From Phoronis australis (lineage: Eukaryota > Animalia > Phoronida): DNA of 64,000 nucleotides. Below, piece by piece: positions 36,201-49,446 of the stretch. Below the pieces are notes generated by a model. The model made no database searches. It saw only the letters and a program-made list of their open reading frames with translations, and was not told the DNA's origin. Positions within the stretch are counted from its first letter, which is position 1; each line of letters begins with the position of its first letter. The stretch lies in the NCBI GenBank assembly GCA_002633005.1, contig NMRA01000064.1:1046420-1110419 (forward strand). Reading direction: 5' to 3'. The translations under genes and the position numbers were made by a program.

Positions 36201-39200
36201 ATGACATGCACCACTCTTTGGCCAGAGTAAGAAATTTCAAAACAACTGCAATCGAAATAAATTCATTATTGATGTTTTATTAAGTAAAATGGATTATTTT
36301 AATAAAAAACAATGATGGATTTAAACCAGTTTGAAATGTTTCAACGTTTATTAAAACTCAGAAGAAAAAAAAAACAGTGGCCACCTTGCTCAGACACATT
36401 CAGTTGTGTATCATTACTTGTTGATGGACCTAACAAGGTGGCCACAGACACAAGGTGGCCACAGACACATTCAGTTGTGTATCATTACGTGTTGATGGAC
36501 CTAGCAAGGTGGCCACAGACACATTCAGTTGTGTATCATTACTTGTTGTTGGACCTAACAAGGTGGCCACAGACACATTCAGTTGTGTATCATTACTTGT
36601 TGATGGACCTAACAAGGTGGCCACAGACACATTCAGTTGTGTATCATTATGTGTTGATGGACCTAACAAGGTGGCCACAGACACATTCAGTTGTGTATCA
36701 TTATGTGTTGATGGACCTAACAAGGTGGCCACTGTTTTATCGTGTGAGGATGGTGTTTTTATCAACGCGGAAACATGTCAAGCTGGTTTAAATCCATCCT
36801 TATTTTTATTAAACATAATATGCAGCTGCTTGCTGTCATGGAGAAAAATAACTTTCAGGTGAAAACAGGATTATAACATTAAATATTAATTTTGAATAGG
36901 GGAGTCAGGTGAACCACATTGTGCATGGGATACAAACGGTAAATTATTTTACAAAATTGCTGGATGTTAAAAGAGGTCTGGTTAGCATTCAATGAATAAT
37001 GAATCTTATACTGCAATATGATACTTTGTCGAATAGTCTTTCAACCTGGTTGTCCGAGGTAATACTAACATTGTCAGTTGTTCTCATGCACAATTGTACT
37101 CACCTGATGATGGTTGGGACTTAAGTTGATAAAAGAAAACATGTCTTTGATAACAAGCTTACTTATGATTGCAGTTATCTTTGAAATGTGTAATCATGAT
37201 TGAGCACATTGAGTTGTAGGAGTCTAGTGCTCTATCATAGGCATACAGTAGGGCTTGTGCATCTTGAGGTGTAGGAGACTAGTGCAATATCATAGGCATA
37301 CAGTAGGTCCTGTGAACCTTCAGTTGTAGGAGTCTAGTGCAATATCACAGGCTTACAGAAGGGCCTGTGCACCTTGAGTTATAAGAGCCTAGTGCACTAT
37401 CATAGGCATACAGTAGGGCCTGTGAACCTTGAGTAGTAGGAGTCTAGTGCAATATCATAGGCATACAGCAGGGGTTATGATCGAAATTGAGCTGAAAATT
37501 GTCTTTGGCCTTTTTTATTCTACATTTGTGCAAACAAAAGATAAGCGCCTGTTATTCTATTTTGAAGTTCGTAATGGCTTGTTTGAATATCTGTCTAATC
37601 CTTGTTAGCACTTGACCTGACATTAAGGTTAAAAGTGCGAGTCTGAACTCGAACTATCATGTTTTTACTCATCTCAAACTTTTAGCCGAGTTTGTAACTC
37701 ATATCTAGGGGTCATCAGGTGTGAAGTTGGACTAAAAAGTCATTTGCATGAACCCCATTGTACTCGTTCACAATCTGCAAAAAAGTAGAATAAAAAATGT
37801 CTGTGGATAATTTTGAGTTCAATTTCGAGTATAATATTAAAATTAGAACCATACCCTGGACTTTAGTTCATGTACTGTTTGTTGGTAAAAGTTTAGTTTC
37901 AAGCAGGCAAGTCACTTTCACTCAGCAAAATTTAAGGTTCACCTATAATCATGGTTTTCAATCTGCTACTTAAATCTTTCTAACCTTCATCTGTAGGACG
38001 GTACCACTGGAAAGGACATTTTGTCGACGGAGTTGTACCCTATCTTCCATCTTGACGACAATGAGTTTTTCCCGGGAGACTTTGTCTTGGAAAATGTCTG
38101 TAAGTTACTTTGCCATGACTGCATGATCCATAGGACCACACAAAGATGAATGGATATTAAAAATATAACTAACTCACTTAACTGAGTGAACCGTGAGCTT
38201 ACCAATTTAAGATTATGTTCTGTTACCTACCAGATATTTGAAATAAGCACTCAATCCTGAAATCATTGAAACTGGCAAAATACTAGTGTTGGACACAGCC
38301 CTGGGGTATAGTGAAAACTGATCTTTTTGACAGTCTTGTGTGATCAAATTATTGGAAGTGGCATCAGAGTCGAGCTGTCATTAACATATTTAGATTAATA
38401 AATGTAAAGATGCTCATGAAACATGAATCAGTCGACGGGAAATAGAACCGTGTGAAAACTTTGTTTAATTTTAAAATGATAATGAATCGTTTTTCTGATA
38501 AATTACTATTTTTCCACAACCCTTCAACCAATAATTGCTTTACCAGTTTTTAATTATGAAATAATGATACCGTATGGCGTAGGTTGCACATTGGATGCAA
38601 TAGAAGTCTCATCAGATCTTTTCTAATCACCTAATTTTTCGTTTTTTAACTGTGACATGTAATACACACGAAAGACATAAATGACCCAATTTTGGTCATT
38701 TCAAATGTCATGATTTCAAAATCTGTTTCCAGGCAGTGGACAGTACACCTATGGTTTCATAGTACGGGTAAATCATCGAGAGAGAACATGTCACATCAAA
38801 TGGGTGACTCTGGATAAATCATCCAGGTGGGTATCCATCACAAGTCGTCAGTGACTTGTGCGTTTTCTTGGAAGTTGCTTGTTTTGATGATAGGTTGACC
38901 AGCGGGGCCAATAGACAGTTTTGAAATCTGCTAATGCTATTGCATTATGTAACTGATCAGTCAAATGTGACCATCGGTGCATTATGGGCTTGGCTATTCA
39001 ACACCCTATAGGGTGTAATAAAAGCAATCATCTTCTCAGCCAGGAGTATAGGCATGTTGTTAAGCTTTGTTTACTTACGCAGGCCAACTGGGACAGGGAA
39101 CTACTTTCACTGACTCTGCATGTCAGTTTCAACAGGCGTATTGTGTGCGAATGACACCTATGATTTACAAGGCTCTGGAAAAATCTAATACCCCCTCCAA

Positions 39201-42200
39201 GCCCACTATGGGGCAAGGCTAACCTGTTAATCACTGCACTTGGTCAAAACTTATGACAAGTGCTATTATGTCTTTGATAAAATTTTTTTTGACTTCAATG
39301 CCATTTTAAATTAGCTTGGAATTCATGAAAGTCATGAATGACTATAAAAATTAACACATTAAAGGGTTTTTCAAAAAGTTTTGTGTCATGCATAAAATGT
39401 GATTTTAAGTTTTTGTAATTTGTCAGAGTCGCCAGTGTTTCTGACATTGATGAGCGAAGTGTCTACGACGTGAAAGATCATACAGATTACAAGTTCCGTC
39501 CAGGCAACATTGTGGTCAGGCTTGATGTTGATAATTGTGTAGGTGTCATGGGTAACTAGTGTTGTGTAATGGGTTGATTTATTTTGGGTCGACTTTTTTG
39601 TTACTGCCAAAGACAGTTGCTGTATTGTATTGCGATTGGCATGAAAGTCGTAGTGTATGAAGTTTGTGTTAGTTGAACCACCGAATGTGTGTTTTAACAA
39701 GTATTTACAAAAACTGAACTGATATTGGTTATAGCCATCACACATACTTCAGGCATTACTTACATTCTGAAGATGTATGACCTACAGCTGTTAGTCATGA
39801 CATTATATAGTGCTATCTCTCTGTTTCCTAACATTACTTAGTTAGTGTTAGCTGTCATTATCAATACATTACATAGATAATGCTTGCTCTTTGTGCCATG
39901 ACGTTACATACTAGTGAGTGCTAACGTTTTGTGTCATGACATGTAGTTCATGCTAGCTCTCTGTGTCATGGCATTATTTAGTTAATTCTAGCTCTTTTTT
40001 TCTTGACGGTAGGTAGTTAGTGCTAGGTCTCTGTAGATTTTTAAGTATTCATGACAATAGATGTATTGTGCAGTGTCATGATCAGCACCAGATCTGTGAC
40101 TTCTAAAAGTAGGTCTATGAGCACAAATTACATGCATTGCATTACATTCCTGTCGCAATAGCTTAGATGGCAGTTGGTGCTTCCTGGTCATGCAAATCTC
40201 ACTAGAAATCAATCAGCAGAAAACCGCAAGCAGAAATCTGTTTTTCTCCAAACTACCTGATCGAAATATGAGGTTTTGGTGTTGAGTTGGATTAGATTGA
40301 TGGCCTATTTTTTTAAGTTGCAGGAATCTTCATCGCAGACAGTTGGCCAAGTGTGTTACTTGATGCCTGACGATGGCAAGGTTGAGGTCATCTGGCAGGA
40401 TGGGTCAAGGTCACTGTGTAGTCCACAGGAGCTGTACCTGGTGGCAGAAGAAGACGTAAGATTTTGGGGTTGAAACCACTTGTTAAATTGAAATAGTTGC
40501 TGGCCTCTGTGGTACTCAAAACTCACCTGTTTGACAGGTATAAATATTCTGACATTCCTTCATCACGTAGGTACTCTCTACATCCCATGTAATCTTGCTC
40601 TTTCAATGTCAGAGCGCACGCTGCACTAGGTGGCGTTTAGTAGACCAAGTTGTTTGTGAAAGAAGCAAGATCTCATCAGACAGTGCAAAATCCTGTGATT
40701 TGGTAAGTGAGTTTAGAATGTTTAGTTATGGGTTAGATTCACTTTCAACATTTCATAACAAACGATTTCCCAGCGCAAGTGCAAGCTAATGTTTTGCGTC
40801 TACAGAATGCAACCCTGAACCATTTTGTATCTTTCCTATGTTACTGCCACCTCATATTTACATGCTCTAGGTCAACTCACAGGTTCATATTGCCTGTTTA
40901 ATACCTCATGAGTGTTCAATTAATCTTTCACCTATTGTGGGATTATGGTCATATGTGAATGTGTGGTCAAGTACACACAACAGTTCATGGTGTGCTGATT
41001 TTTTGGAAAGTTAGCCAATCCAAACAATCGCACAAGTCGAGAAACTGAAGTGATCACTGTTGTTTAAAATGATGTAGAATCCATAAATGTTTGGAATTTT
41101 TCACTTTTCCCTGCAATCCTCAATGACGCGTTCATCTAATCTTTAGTTACTGTGCGCTATTCATGCCATTTCATTGTTTTTGTCAGGAACCACATTAATA
41201 TGGAGAACGTTCTGTGCAAGTACTTCACCTGATCTTATAGTCCTTCAATAGTTGTAGTTCCTGTATTTGTCTCCAGGAGTCAGACAGTGACAGTGACTGG
41301 GAGACCAGTAGCCAAGAGGGAAGTATGCATGGCAGTTCCAGTGAAGAGAGTGACAACAGCTGGGAGACAGAAAGTGAAGTATCCACCGACACTGAGGCTT
41401 TGGCCAGGTAATACAGGCTGCCCTTAAAGTATTGTTTGCTTGCCCTGACTGAGCTATTTTATTTACCACTTTTCATTTGTTAGTTAATTTCTACGAATTA
41501 TTACTTGGCTAAAGATCTTTTCATCAATTTTGAGGTGTCAGCACAAAGCCAATGTCTTGAGTCTCTTTTATGAATCAGACCCCAAAGCTAAGAAATAGGT
41601 CATATGATTGCTGTTTTATGCTTTTAGTGATTCCAAAGTTACGCCGACTTCTATGAACAAGAAGCACAGTTTGACTGCAGAAATCAAGCCAATGCTGTTT
41701 ATGAAGCTGGAGCCAGCGCTCCGTCGAATCCACGAGGAATCCCATCATGCAGTGCGCGACACTGTTGAACTTCTGAAAGCTCGCTCACCTTGCCTTGATA
41801 CAATTGCTCGCTACTTGATCGTAGTCAAGGGGATGGTGCAAAGAATCAAAGTGTTTCACCAAATATTACAGATTCACCAATTTGATAAAAGAGGTGTGCA
41901 CTCACATATCGGGGCTGTTACGGCATTAGTGGATGAGATTTCTGCGATTTCTTCACAAGATCATCTACACATGCACATACCACAAACCATTGTGAATGCA
42001 ATTGTTAAACAGGTTTCGTCAATCGCTGTGAACGAAAGCTTGTCTTCCCCTGAAGAAGTTCAACCCAATTCAATTGGACAAGAACAAAGTGCCACTTCTC
42101 TGAATGTGGATGGTCCGAGCCAAGACATTGATTCTTTCGTTGATCACCTGGTTGATATTATAGTCAAGTCCCCTGTTGAAAGAGTGCATCCTGATGAACT

Positions 42201-45200
42201 AAGCAAGCTTGTTAGAGACTCTGTAGAGCAGGATTTAACCGAGAGTGACTCATTGAAGGCTGCAGTTTGTGATCTCAATGGCTCAGTCGCCGGTGAGGCG
42301 ACCGATATGAAGTGCAATATTTCTGACAAAAATGATCCTGCTTTAGTGCAGGAACCTGTCGCTGATGACAGTTTGAATTCGTTGTTTGACAAAGTGGCCC
42401 AAGTTCTACCAGGTGTTCTGCAGTGCTTAGTTTGTCAATCTGATCACTTGTACTCAGAAGTAAGTAAGCAGGCTGGAAGTGTAGATGCTAAACATATTAA
42501 TGAGACAACTTTCGAGGAGAATGCTGGAGATGTCTTTGCGGGAAGTGCTGGTCAGATTCGTTCAATTCTGAGTGGTGAATCTGGTAAATCTCAAGGTGCT
42601 GGGTTGGTGGCTGAAGCAGACGAGTGCTTGAGTCACACGACTGAAGAAGAATGGCAGAAGTTGATCTCTGAGACGGTGGCTGCATCTCAAGATAGGACTG
42701 AAGAAAACAAGAGATGTTCATTAAATCTTGAGGATACCTGCATAGAGCCTGAAGGGATAGACTTGGCAATTGAAGGTAAGTCAGCAGCTGAACCTCTGCC
42801 ATCTTAAGCTATTCTTGTGAAAAATAGCTCCTGTTGAACATGTCTTGATAAATGTACAGTTGTGAAAATATAAAAATGTGAAAATAAGGATCTGAAGTAT
42901 TTTTCCGTTTGCTTTTAATCTGTTTCTCTTTCATGGGCGAGTAAAAATAACCTAAAGGCTTTGTTTAAGCTTGAATCAGTGGTTATCATTGGGTACAGTA
43001 AGAATTTTTATTACTACTAAAAACTACTTCTAATTATTCAAAATTGGTCATGAAGTAGTGTGCAGTAGTTTTGAAAAATGTTTTGTTGAAGTAATGATGA
43101 AAGACAAAAATCAATTGTAACAGTAAATCATTTCAAATTGACTACAAATTTTTGGAATGAAATTTAAATTTGTAAGTTTTCATAGAGAATACATTTTGTC
43201 TTCTAAGTGCTGTGGTGTATTCTAGTGATTTGTGAACGTCTGCTCTCTTATAGCATTCAAAGCCAGTTTTGAAGTTGTACATCAACCACATCACTAAATA
43301 ATGTTACTGTTGAAAATCAACTGTTTTGTAGTCTGTGGTTAACTCAGATCTTCTTTGGCAGGATTCAAACAGCTTGAGTCAGCCCCGCTAACGCACAAAT
43401 ACTTCTACAGTGATCACAAGCCGGATGATGCTAAAGCCTTTTCAAGTGCTTTTCGCAAGGAGGTTTGTGTACTGAATCTTGTAAACCTTGCCTGTTGGTC
43501 TTCAAAATTATGTGTCTAACACTTTGTGTGTGGTTCAGGCAGTCGATTTATACACCCTACGCTCTGCAATTCATCGGGGGTCAGATTCCTCTCTCAGAGT
43601 GACTGGAGTTTGTTTGCAATTTCAGCACTAGTGTTGTGTTTATGAGCACAGGTCTTAGACTAGAATTTAATGGTGCTGCTGTGGAATCGTTTCCACCACC
43701 TGTAAATGTTTTTTACCTACATTGATACCAGCGGTAGCTCATCAATTATACCTGATTTTTCGTTATATCTGTGACTGCTCCCAATAGGTTTCTACTATTT
43801 TTGATGTGTTTTTAGGCTGTTCTCTCAGGTATTCCAGAGGGTTTTCTTTTTCATCTATAAACTCAATGGTTAATATTGGATTGGCTGCTTTATTGCGTGT
43901 TGTGTATTTCTCAGATAAAACTGCTGCGTACAAGTCTTCCCCATGGAATTCTGGTGAGGTGTTATGAAGATAGAATGGTAAGAGATTAACTGCATTTCTT
44001 GTAATATAGGTCGAGTTTTCAATTCAGCGATCACATTCTTAAGTGTGGTACTTAATATATGCATAAAACTCAGTTCTTGAAATTCAGTCTACAACAGAAT
44101 GTTAAATGCTCTCTGCATCTTGTTATAGAAAACAGTTTTCAACAGAGATTATTACGAAAAATGTAATTTTATAGGTCGAGTTTTCAATTCAGCGATCACA
44201 TTTTTAAGTGTGGTACTTAATATATGCATAAAAATCAGTTCTTGAAATTCAGTCTACAACAGAATGTTAAATGCTCTCTGTATCTTGTTATAGAAAACAG
44301 TTTTCAACAGAGATTATTACGAAAAATGTAATTTTAAATAGCCTGCTCAAAGATGAGTAAATTTAGAACATGTTTTGTCTGGCATATGCTCTTAATTGTT
44401 GGTTTTTCAATATTACTATTGAGCTCACACATGGAAACTGTGTTGATATAAAGTATGTTTCATTGTGACCTGAAGAAAGAAAAATGAACAAGATAAAGGA
44501 GATCAAGATACTTCTGTAAAGTGCTTAAGCCTGGCACAGGCTGCTTTTCCATTTAAATGTCCAAACATTGTGTTCTGCTAAAAAGGCTCAGTTATGCAGT
44601 TCTTTGTCTTAACAGTGTATGACATAATGTTCACTTTAATAACTATGTGCTCACCTGCGATACTTGGCTGCGTAGTCCCATATCACCACTGCTTTTCACC
44701 CGTAGGACTTGTTCTCTGTACTCATCACTGGTCCTAGGCACACACCATACGAAGACGGACTGTTCGCCTTTGACTTCCAGCTTCCCAATGGATACAACTC
44801 TTTCCCACCTCTCTGTCACTACCATTCTTATTGTAACAACCGACTCAACCCGAACCTCTACGAGGATGGAAAAGTGTGTGTCAGCCTGCTTGGAACTTGG
44901 AATGGCAAGGTGAGTGTTATTAGAGTGGGCAGGAGTAGACAGCATACAACAAGATGTGTTCTTGGAGTTGGGAAGGGGTTTAAGTAGAGTGGCACACTGT
45001 GCTCTTGGAGTTGTAGCTGGCCTCCTGGCAGTGATTGTACAACAAAGTAATATTTTTGGAGTGTGAACAGGCCTTCAAGATAGGGCTGGCAGACAAGGTG
45101 TGTTCTTGTAGTATGAACAACCAGACAGGTCCCTAATTATGGACACAGGAAATTTATTCGAGTCCATATTTTTGTATTAAGGGTGTAAAGAAATATGCGG

Positions 45201-48200
45201 CATTGCTAACCTAAGTATTTGGATAGAGTAGGCAATAAGGAATATACATACTGTAGACGGTTTTTATTAAGTGTGGATTATCTTAAGTTTGTCCTTATCT
45301 TTTGTATTCTTAGTGTAATCATTGATGTCTTAAAGGTTTACTCTTACTTCATGAATGAAAACTGCATGCCTTGTTCTGACAACTACCGCTTGAAATAAGC
45401 ACGCACCAGTGAGTGAAGAGATGAATGGCTTTTGTTTCCAGGGTAACGAGGTGTGGACTACCAAGTCCAGCCTCCTCCAGGTTCTTGTCTCCATCCAGGG
45501 CCTGATCCTGGTGGCTGAGCCATACTACAACGAGGCTGGGTATGAGAAACAGCGTGGTAGCCAACAGGCCAGTGAGAACAGTCAGATGTATAATGAAATG
45601 GCGGCCATTAAGATGGTGCAGGTGAGTAATTGTTTTATTTTTGTTTATAGTTAAAGGAACATTTTTGGCAAGAAAAGAAATGTTACAGAAATTAGTGGTA
45701 GCGTAGAAATGAAGCCTATTACTCTGCAACAGCAGCTGAACACTCTACTTCTGAGCTACTGAAGTACCATCCATTCAGTGGTATAGTTTGTAATAGTGTT
45801 TAAGTCCATAAGATATCGGCCGTGATTTCAACAATCAATTGCAAGAATTGGGGAATTGTAATAAAGTCACATAAACATAATGGACTTTGATGTTTTATAA
45901 CTCTGGCAAAAGCTAAGAACTTCAACAGGTCTGTCCCATTGAAGAACAATGATCCTAAAATAGTGTTTTTAGGCCGCTGAACAATAATGTCCCTAAAGGT
46001 ATCTGAGGAACTCCAGATTCTGATTTATCTTGTACCAGTGAATAAGAATAAATATTGGTAATGCATTCACGTGTAAAATTTAGTTTCTGACTTTCTGGGG
46101 GGGGGGGGGTGAAGAGTGACAGACTTTGAAAATAATAGATGCTGGGGTACACCTGGGTGGTCTCTGATCCCAGATGATTGTTGAATCATCTGTGAAGTCA
46201 ACACCCATTGACTTCTCATGATTTGTTTCAACTTGACGTTGACAGTTGTCCTTTTCATTGCTTAATAGGGCTAAGGAATAGTTATGTAGCTCTCGTTATA
46301 ACTCACTTTCTCTCCCTTTCAGTCTATGACTGGCATGGTTAAGTCACCTCCTGAGGTCTTCAAGCAGGAAGTCTATGATCATTTCAAGAAAACGGGGGAC
46401 AAGTAAGTTAATGTTGAAGACTAACTGTTACATCAGCATCTTCTCTCCTTTGTTTTTGTGGGGTTATCAGAAGAGAAATGGCGTTAGAATAGGATCATCC
46501 TGTAGTATGTATTTGAATCTTTTTACTGTGTATTTTCTGATTAAGATGCCTCTCAAGTGATTTTTATGCGCCCACATATTTATATGTGGTTCATATTGCT
46601 GTCATCTCTGTCAGGGCGTCTGTCGTCCGCAGCTGTATCTCCTAAACCCGTCATAGGATCTTGATGAGATTTGGCAGATATGTTCCTATGATGCTGACGA
46701 CAGATGACAATGAATTTCGGACGTCTCCGAATACTAGCGTGCCCCCTGGTGGCAATTTTATTTTTTAGGCTTACCTCTGTATCTTCCTCAACAGATTTTC
46801 ATAAAATTTGGTAATTAGCCATCTATTAGTGAGATGATGCTACCCTCACGTTTTTGGACTGATTTGAGGTACTTTGTGCCACCTAGTGTGGCCATTTTTA
46901 CTGTTTTGGAGTCTTGTTTTTTGGCGTCCGTCCTTATATCAACCAAACCGCTCTAGGGATGATTTTGAAAATTGGCAACATGTTCCCACTGTAAAGAGAG
47001 CGGTTGACGATGATTTTTTGATGACTTCGGCAACTGTGGCACCTCCTAGTGGCAGTTTTGTTTCTTTTTGCGCTCTTGGCTGTATCTCCTAACCGCTCTA
47101 CAGAATGTTTATTGAATTTTGTTGGTGTATTTACGTAAAGTTGACAACAGAGGACGATGAGTTTCGGACGGATTGGACGACCAGCCCTTATCCTGTGCTA
47201 GGCAAGGTCAGTCGACATGCCAATTATCCTATTACAATGCGTTGGGTGTACTCAATTGACTATGATAAGCTGCAGCTGGGCTGTGCTAGGAGAGTGCACT
47301 CACCCCTGGACACTTGTGATTTTCATTCAGAAATTTGTAGAGTCCTGGAATGTTGTTAAGATATGTGAGTATATGCATTCTATAGTTCACAGTTCCCTCT
47401 AAATTTCTCTGATTTAAACCATATGGCTGTGATTACTAATTTGGGAGAGGTTTATGTAAGTGTAGACCCATAGTTTCATCATATGGCTGGAGCCAGACGT
47501 GAGAGGATGACAGTTGACAGTTTACTTTCACTAAGGCTATGATGAAGATTTACATATGGTGAAAATCTCCATTAAATTCTGGACTTTTATGTTGGCTTCT
47601 TTTCTTTGAAATTAATATTTCCCCTTCAAATCTTCAAATTTAAAATTGTTAGGTCATCAGTCTGGGTGACCTTCATAACAGCTTAGTGTACAACAGTAGT
47701 GGTGACCTACTTAGCTCAGCGCACAGCGAAAGTAGTCTGAATAGAGGCTCAGCAGGATAAGGGTTAAAATTTGGCAGATAAGCATCTATTAGAGAGATGA
47801 CACTATCTTCCAGGTTTTGATTGAATTCAAGGCATTTTGCTCCACCTAGTGGCCATTTTTACTGTTTTCGAGTCTGTTTTTTGACATCTGCCCGTCTGTC
47901 AACCAAACCACTCTAAGGATGATTGTGGAACTTGGCATGTATGCTCCTAATGTGAAGAGGAGGGCTGACGATTTTCCGATGAACTTGACAACTGTGGCGC
48001 CTCCTAGTGGCAGTTTTTTATGCCCATGGTTGTATCTCCTAAACCCTCTGCAGGATCTTTATTAAATTTAGCAAGTGTATTAACTACTTGACAACAAATG
48101 ACGACGAGTTTTGGATAGTTCGGACTACCAGTGTGCCCCCTAGTGGCAATTTTAGTTTTTTAATTTTACCTCTGTATCTTCAAAGGTCCTCAACAGATTT

Positions 48201-49446
48201 TCATAAAGTTTTGCAGATAGGCATCTATTAGTGAGCTGACGCTATCCTCTGGTTTTCAGTTTGATTCGTGATATTTTGTGCCACCTACTGGCCATTTTTA
48301 CTATTTTGGAGTCTTGTTATGTGGCCTCTGCTCCTCTGTCAACCAAACCACTCTAAGGATGTTTGTGGAAATTAGGATGTATGTTCCTAATGTGAAGAGG
48401 AAGTCTGACGATGATTTTCTGACGACTTCATGTACCGTGGCAACTCATAGTGGCAATTGTTTTTTTCGCCTATAGCTTCCTGCTGGCAATTTCATTTTTT
48501 TGTTTTCCTCGGTTTCGTAGAAGTACTTTGACAGATTTTTGTGAAATTTGGTAAATAGATTTGATGACACATACCAGTTTCAGATGGATTCACCGTATTT
48601 CACGTCATCTAGTGGCCATTTTTATGTTCCAAATAAAGACTCCTAGAAGCACATCATTTGCGGTGCATTTGTGGGCGCATTTCAACGCTCCGCGTTGCTC
48701 TTGTCAGATAATTTGTTGTGCACCATCAGAAACTCCAAAATTAAAGATAACTTCAATCTTTTAGTTAGCAGCATATTCTAATTTAGTACATATTCTCAAA
48801 GATTTGATGTGACATACATGATTATATGAGATTATGAGTTGGGAAAAATTTTGAACCTATTGACTAAAGTAAAGATCAGTAGAATGAAGCAGAGAATATA
48901 TCTCTTGTGTTGGTTTTGGTTATGAAGTCTACCTGAGGCCGTAGTTGTTACGGTACGTACTTTGTGCTAATCATACGATTGCATTTTATTTGTGACATTC
49001 TCTTGAACAGGATTGTGCAACGACTGTCTTCCTGGCTAACGCTTTCTGATAGCTTAGCAGCGAACGGTGTGACCACCACTGGTGTTGCTGAAGAAAGTTG
49101 CACACAGGGCTTGAGTGACGTCAGTGAATCAGCACCTGGACAAAGTGATGTTCGTGGAGCAACGGTCACAGCTAACTCTAAGCCTGGTGTTGTGTGCAAA
49201 GCAGCGCCTGATGAGGGATCCCGCTGTGGCGAGAGGGTAGAAGCGTGGAGGACAGGTGGACCAAGTGACTGTGTTGCCAGTGATATCTCTAACCAAGCCA
49301 GTCACAGTGGCCCGCCTACCACAAGCTCATTGGACATTAATCTACCAGAGTTCCCTCTATTGCCCATGTCTAGAGGTTGTCGTCTATCGCTAACCAAATG
49401 CTTGGAGGAGTTGAAGAAAGCCTTAGAATGGCTAAACAGTTCATAA
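30274..49446 (+). CDS. UBE2O: (E3-independent) E2 ubiquitin-conjugating enzyme UBE2O, 19 exons, ~1438 aa
   Basis: Exons 30274-30486, 31124-31297, 32207-32307, 33043-33103, 33557-33825, 34238-34783, 35386-35554, 37997-38099, 38733-38826, 39427-39538, 40324-40455, 41277-41407, 41628-42775, 43362-43462, 43915-43977, 44706-44909, 45442-45621, 46323-46402 and 49011-49446 are phase-consistent (4317 nt). Motifs [57 protein letters not shown] (catalytic Cys), [23 protein letters not shown] and [10 protein letters not shown]. Confidence 0.93.
33099..33358 (+). repeat. 52-bp tandem repeat x5 starting at the UBE2O exon 4 splice donor
   Basis: Unit gagttgtgagtcttccttatcattgctatgatttggtcacaaagcttggttt at 33099, 33151, 33203, 33255 and 33307. 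Confidence 0.95.
35046..35183. repeat. ~59-bp-arm hairpin in UBE2O intron 6
   Basis: aaactttaaaattagcgcataagtaaataaggacatacctatccaatccaacg pairs with cgttggattggatagatatgacattatttacttatgcgctaattttaagttt around a ~20-nt loop ending ccgaaa. Confidence 0.85.
36297..36815 (+). repeat. 54-bp tandem array (~6 units, 36377-36733) enclosed by inverted Penelope-pLTR-derived ends
   Basis: Unit gtggccacagacacattcagttgtgtatcattacttgttgatggacctaacaag. The left flank gatggatttaaaccagtttgaaatgtttc is the reverse complement of the right flank gaaacatgtcaagctggtttaaatccatc. The 3' part is homologous to 16500-16595. Confidence 0.85.
37211..37470. repeat. 55-bp tandem repeat x~5
   Basis: gagttgtaggagtctagtgcaatatcataggcatacagtagggcctgtgaacctt at 37211, 37266, 37321, 37376 and 37431. 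Confidence 0.9.
37470..37860. mobile_element. Degenerate MITE related to 54082-54482
   Basis: Shared ttcgagt/ctcgaa-rich subtermini (gatcgaaattgagctgaaaa ... ttttgagttcaatttcgagta). Confidence 0.45.
44006..44335. repeat. Near-identical 165-bp tandem duplication in UBE2O intron 15
   Basis: ataggtcgagttttcaattcagcgatcac...gaaaaatgtaatttt at 44006-44170 and 44171-44335, with only a few substitutions. Confidence 0.95.
46561..48704 (+). mobile_element. Helentron-associated interspersed element (HINE/DINE-1/pearl-like) with internal tandem repeats
   Basis: Starts in a T-run with subTIR ATGCGCCCACA (46566) and a gtcc/gtct microsatellite-like tract. Internal ~130-160-bp degenerate units each contain (G)CC(A/C)CCTAGTGGC. 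Ends with TGTGGGCGCAT (48670) plus a CAACGC-tcc-GCGTTG hairpin. Another fragment lies at ~32570-32960. Confidence 0.75.

Noticed and set aside
36312-36862. ORFs with 18-aa repeats in three frames; superficially CRISPR-like
   Set aside because: A 54-bp (multiple of 3) tandem array with no unique spacers, in a eukaryotic intron. Not a gene or a CRISPR array.
37100-37150. ctgatgatgg...aaaacatgtc as another hammerhead
   Set aside because: No convincing stem I or stem II pairing.
40660-40702. Strong donor TTG|GTAAGT in UBE2O intron 11
   Set aside because: Phase-0 readings from nearby AGs hit a TGA, and the flanking exons join cleanly without it.
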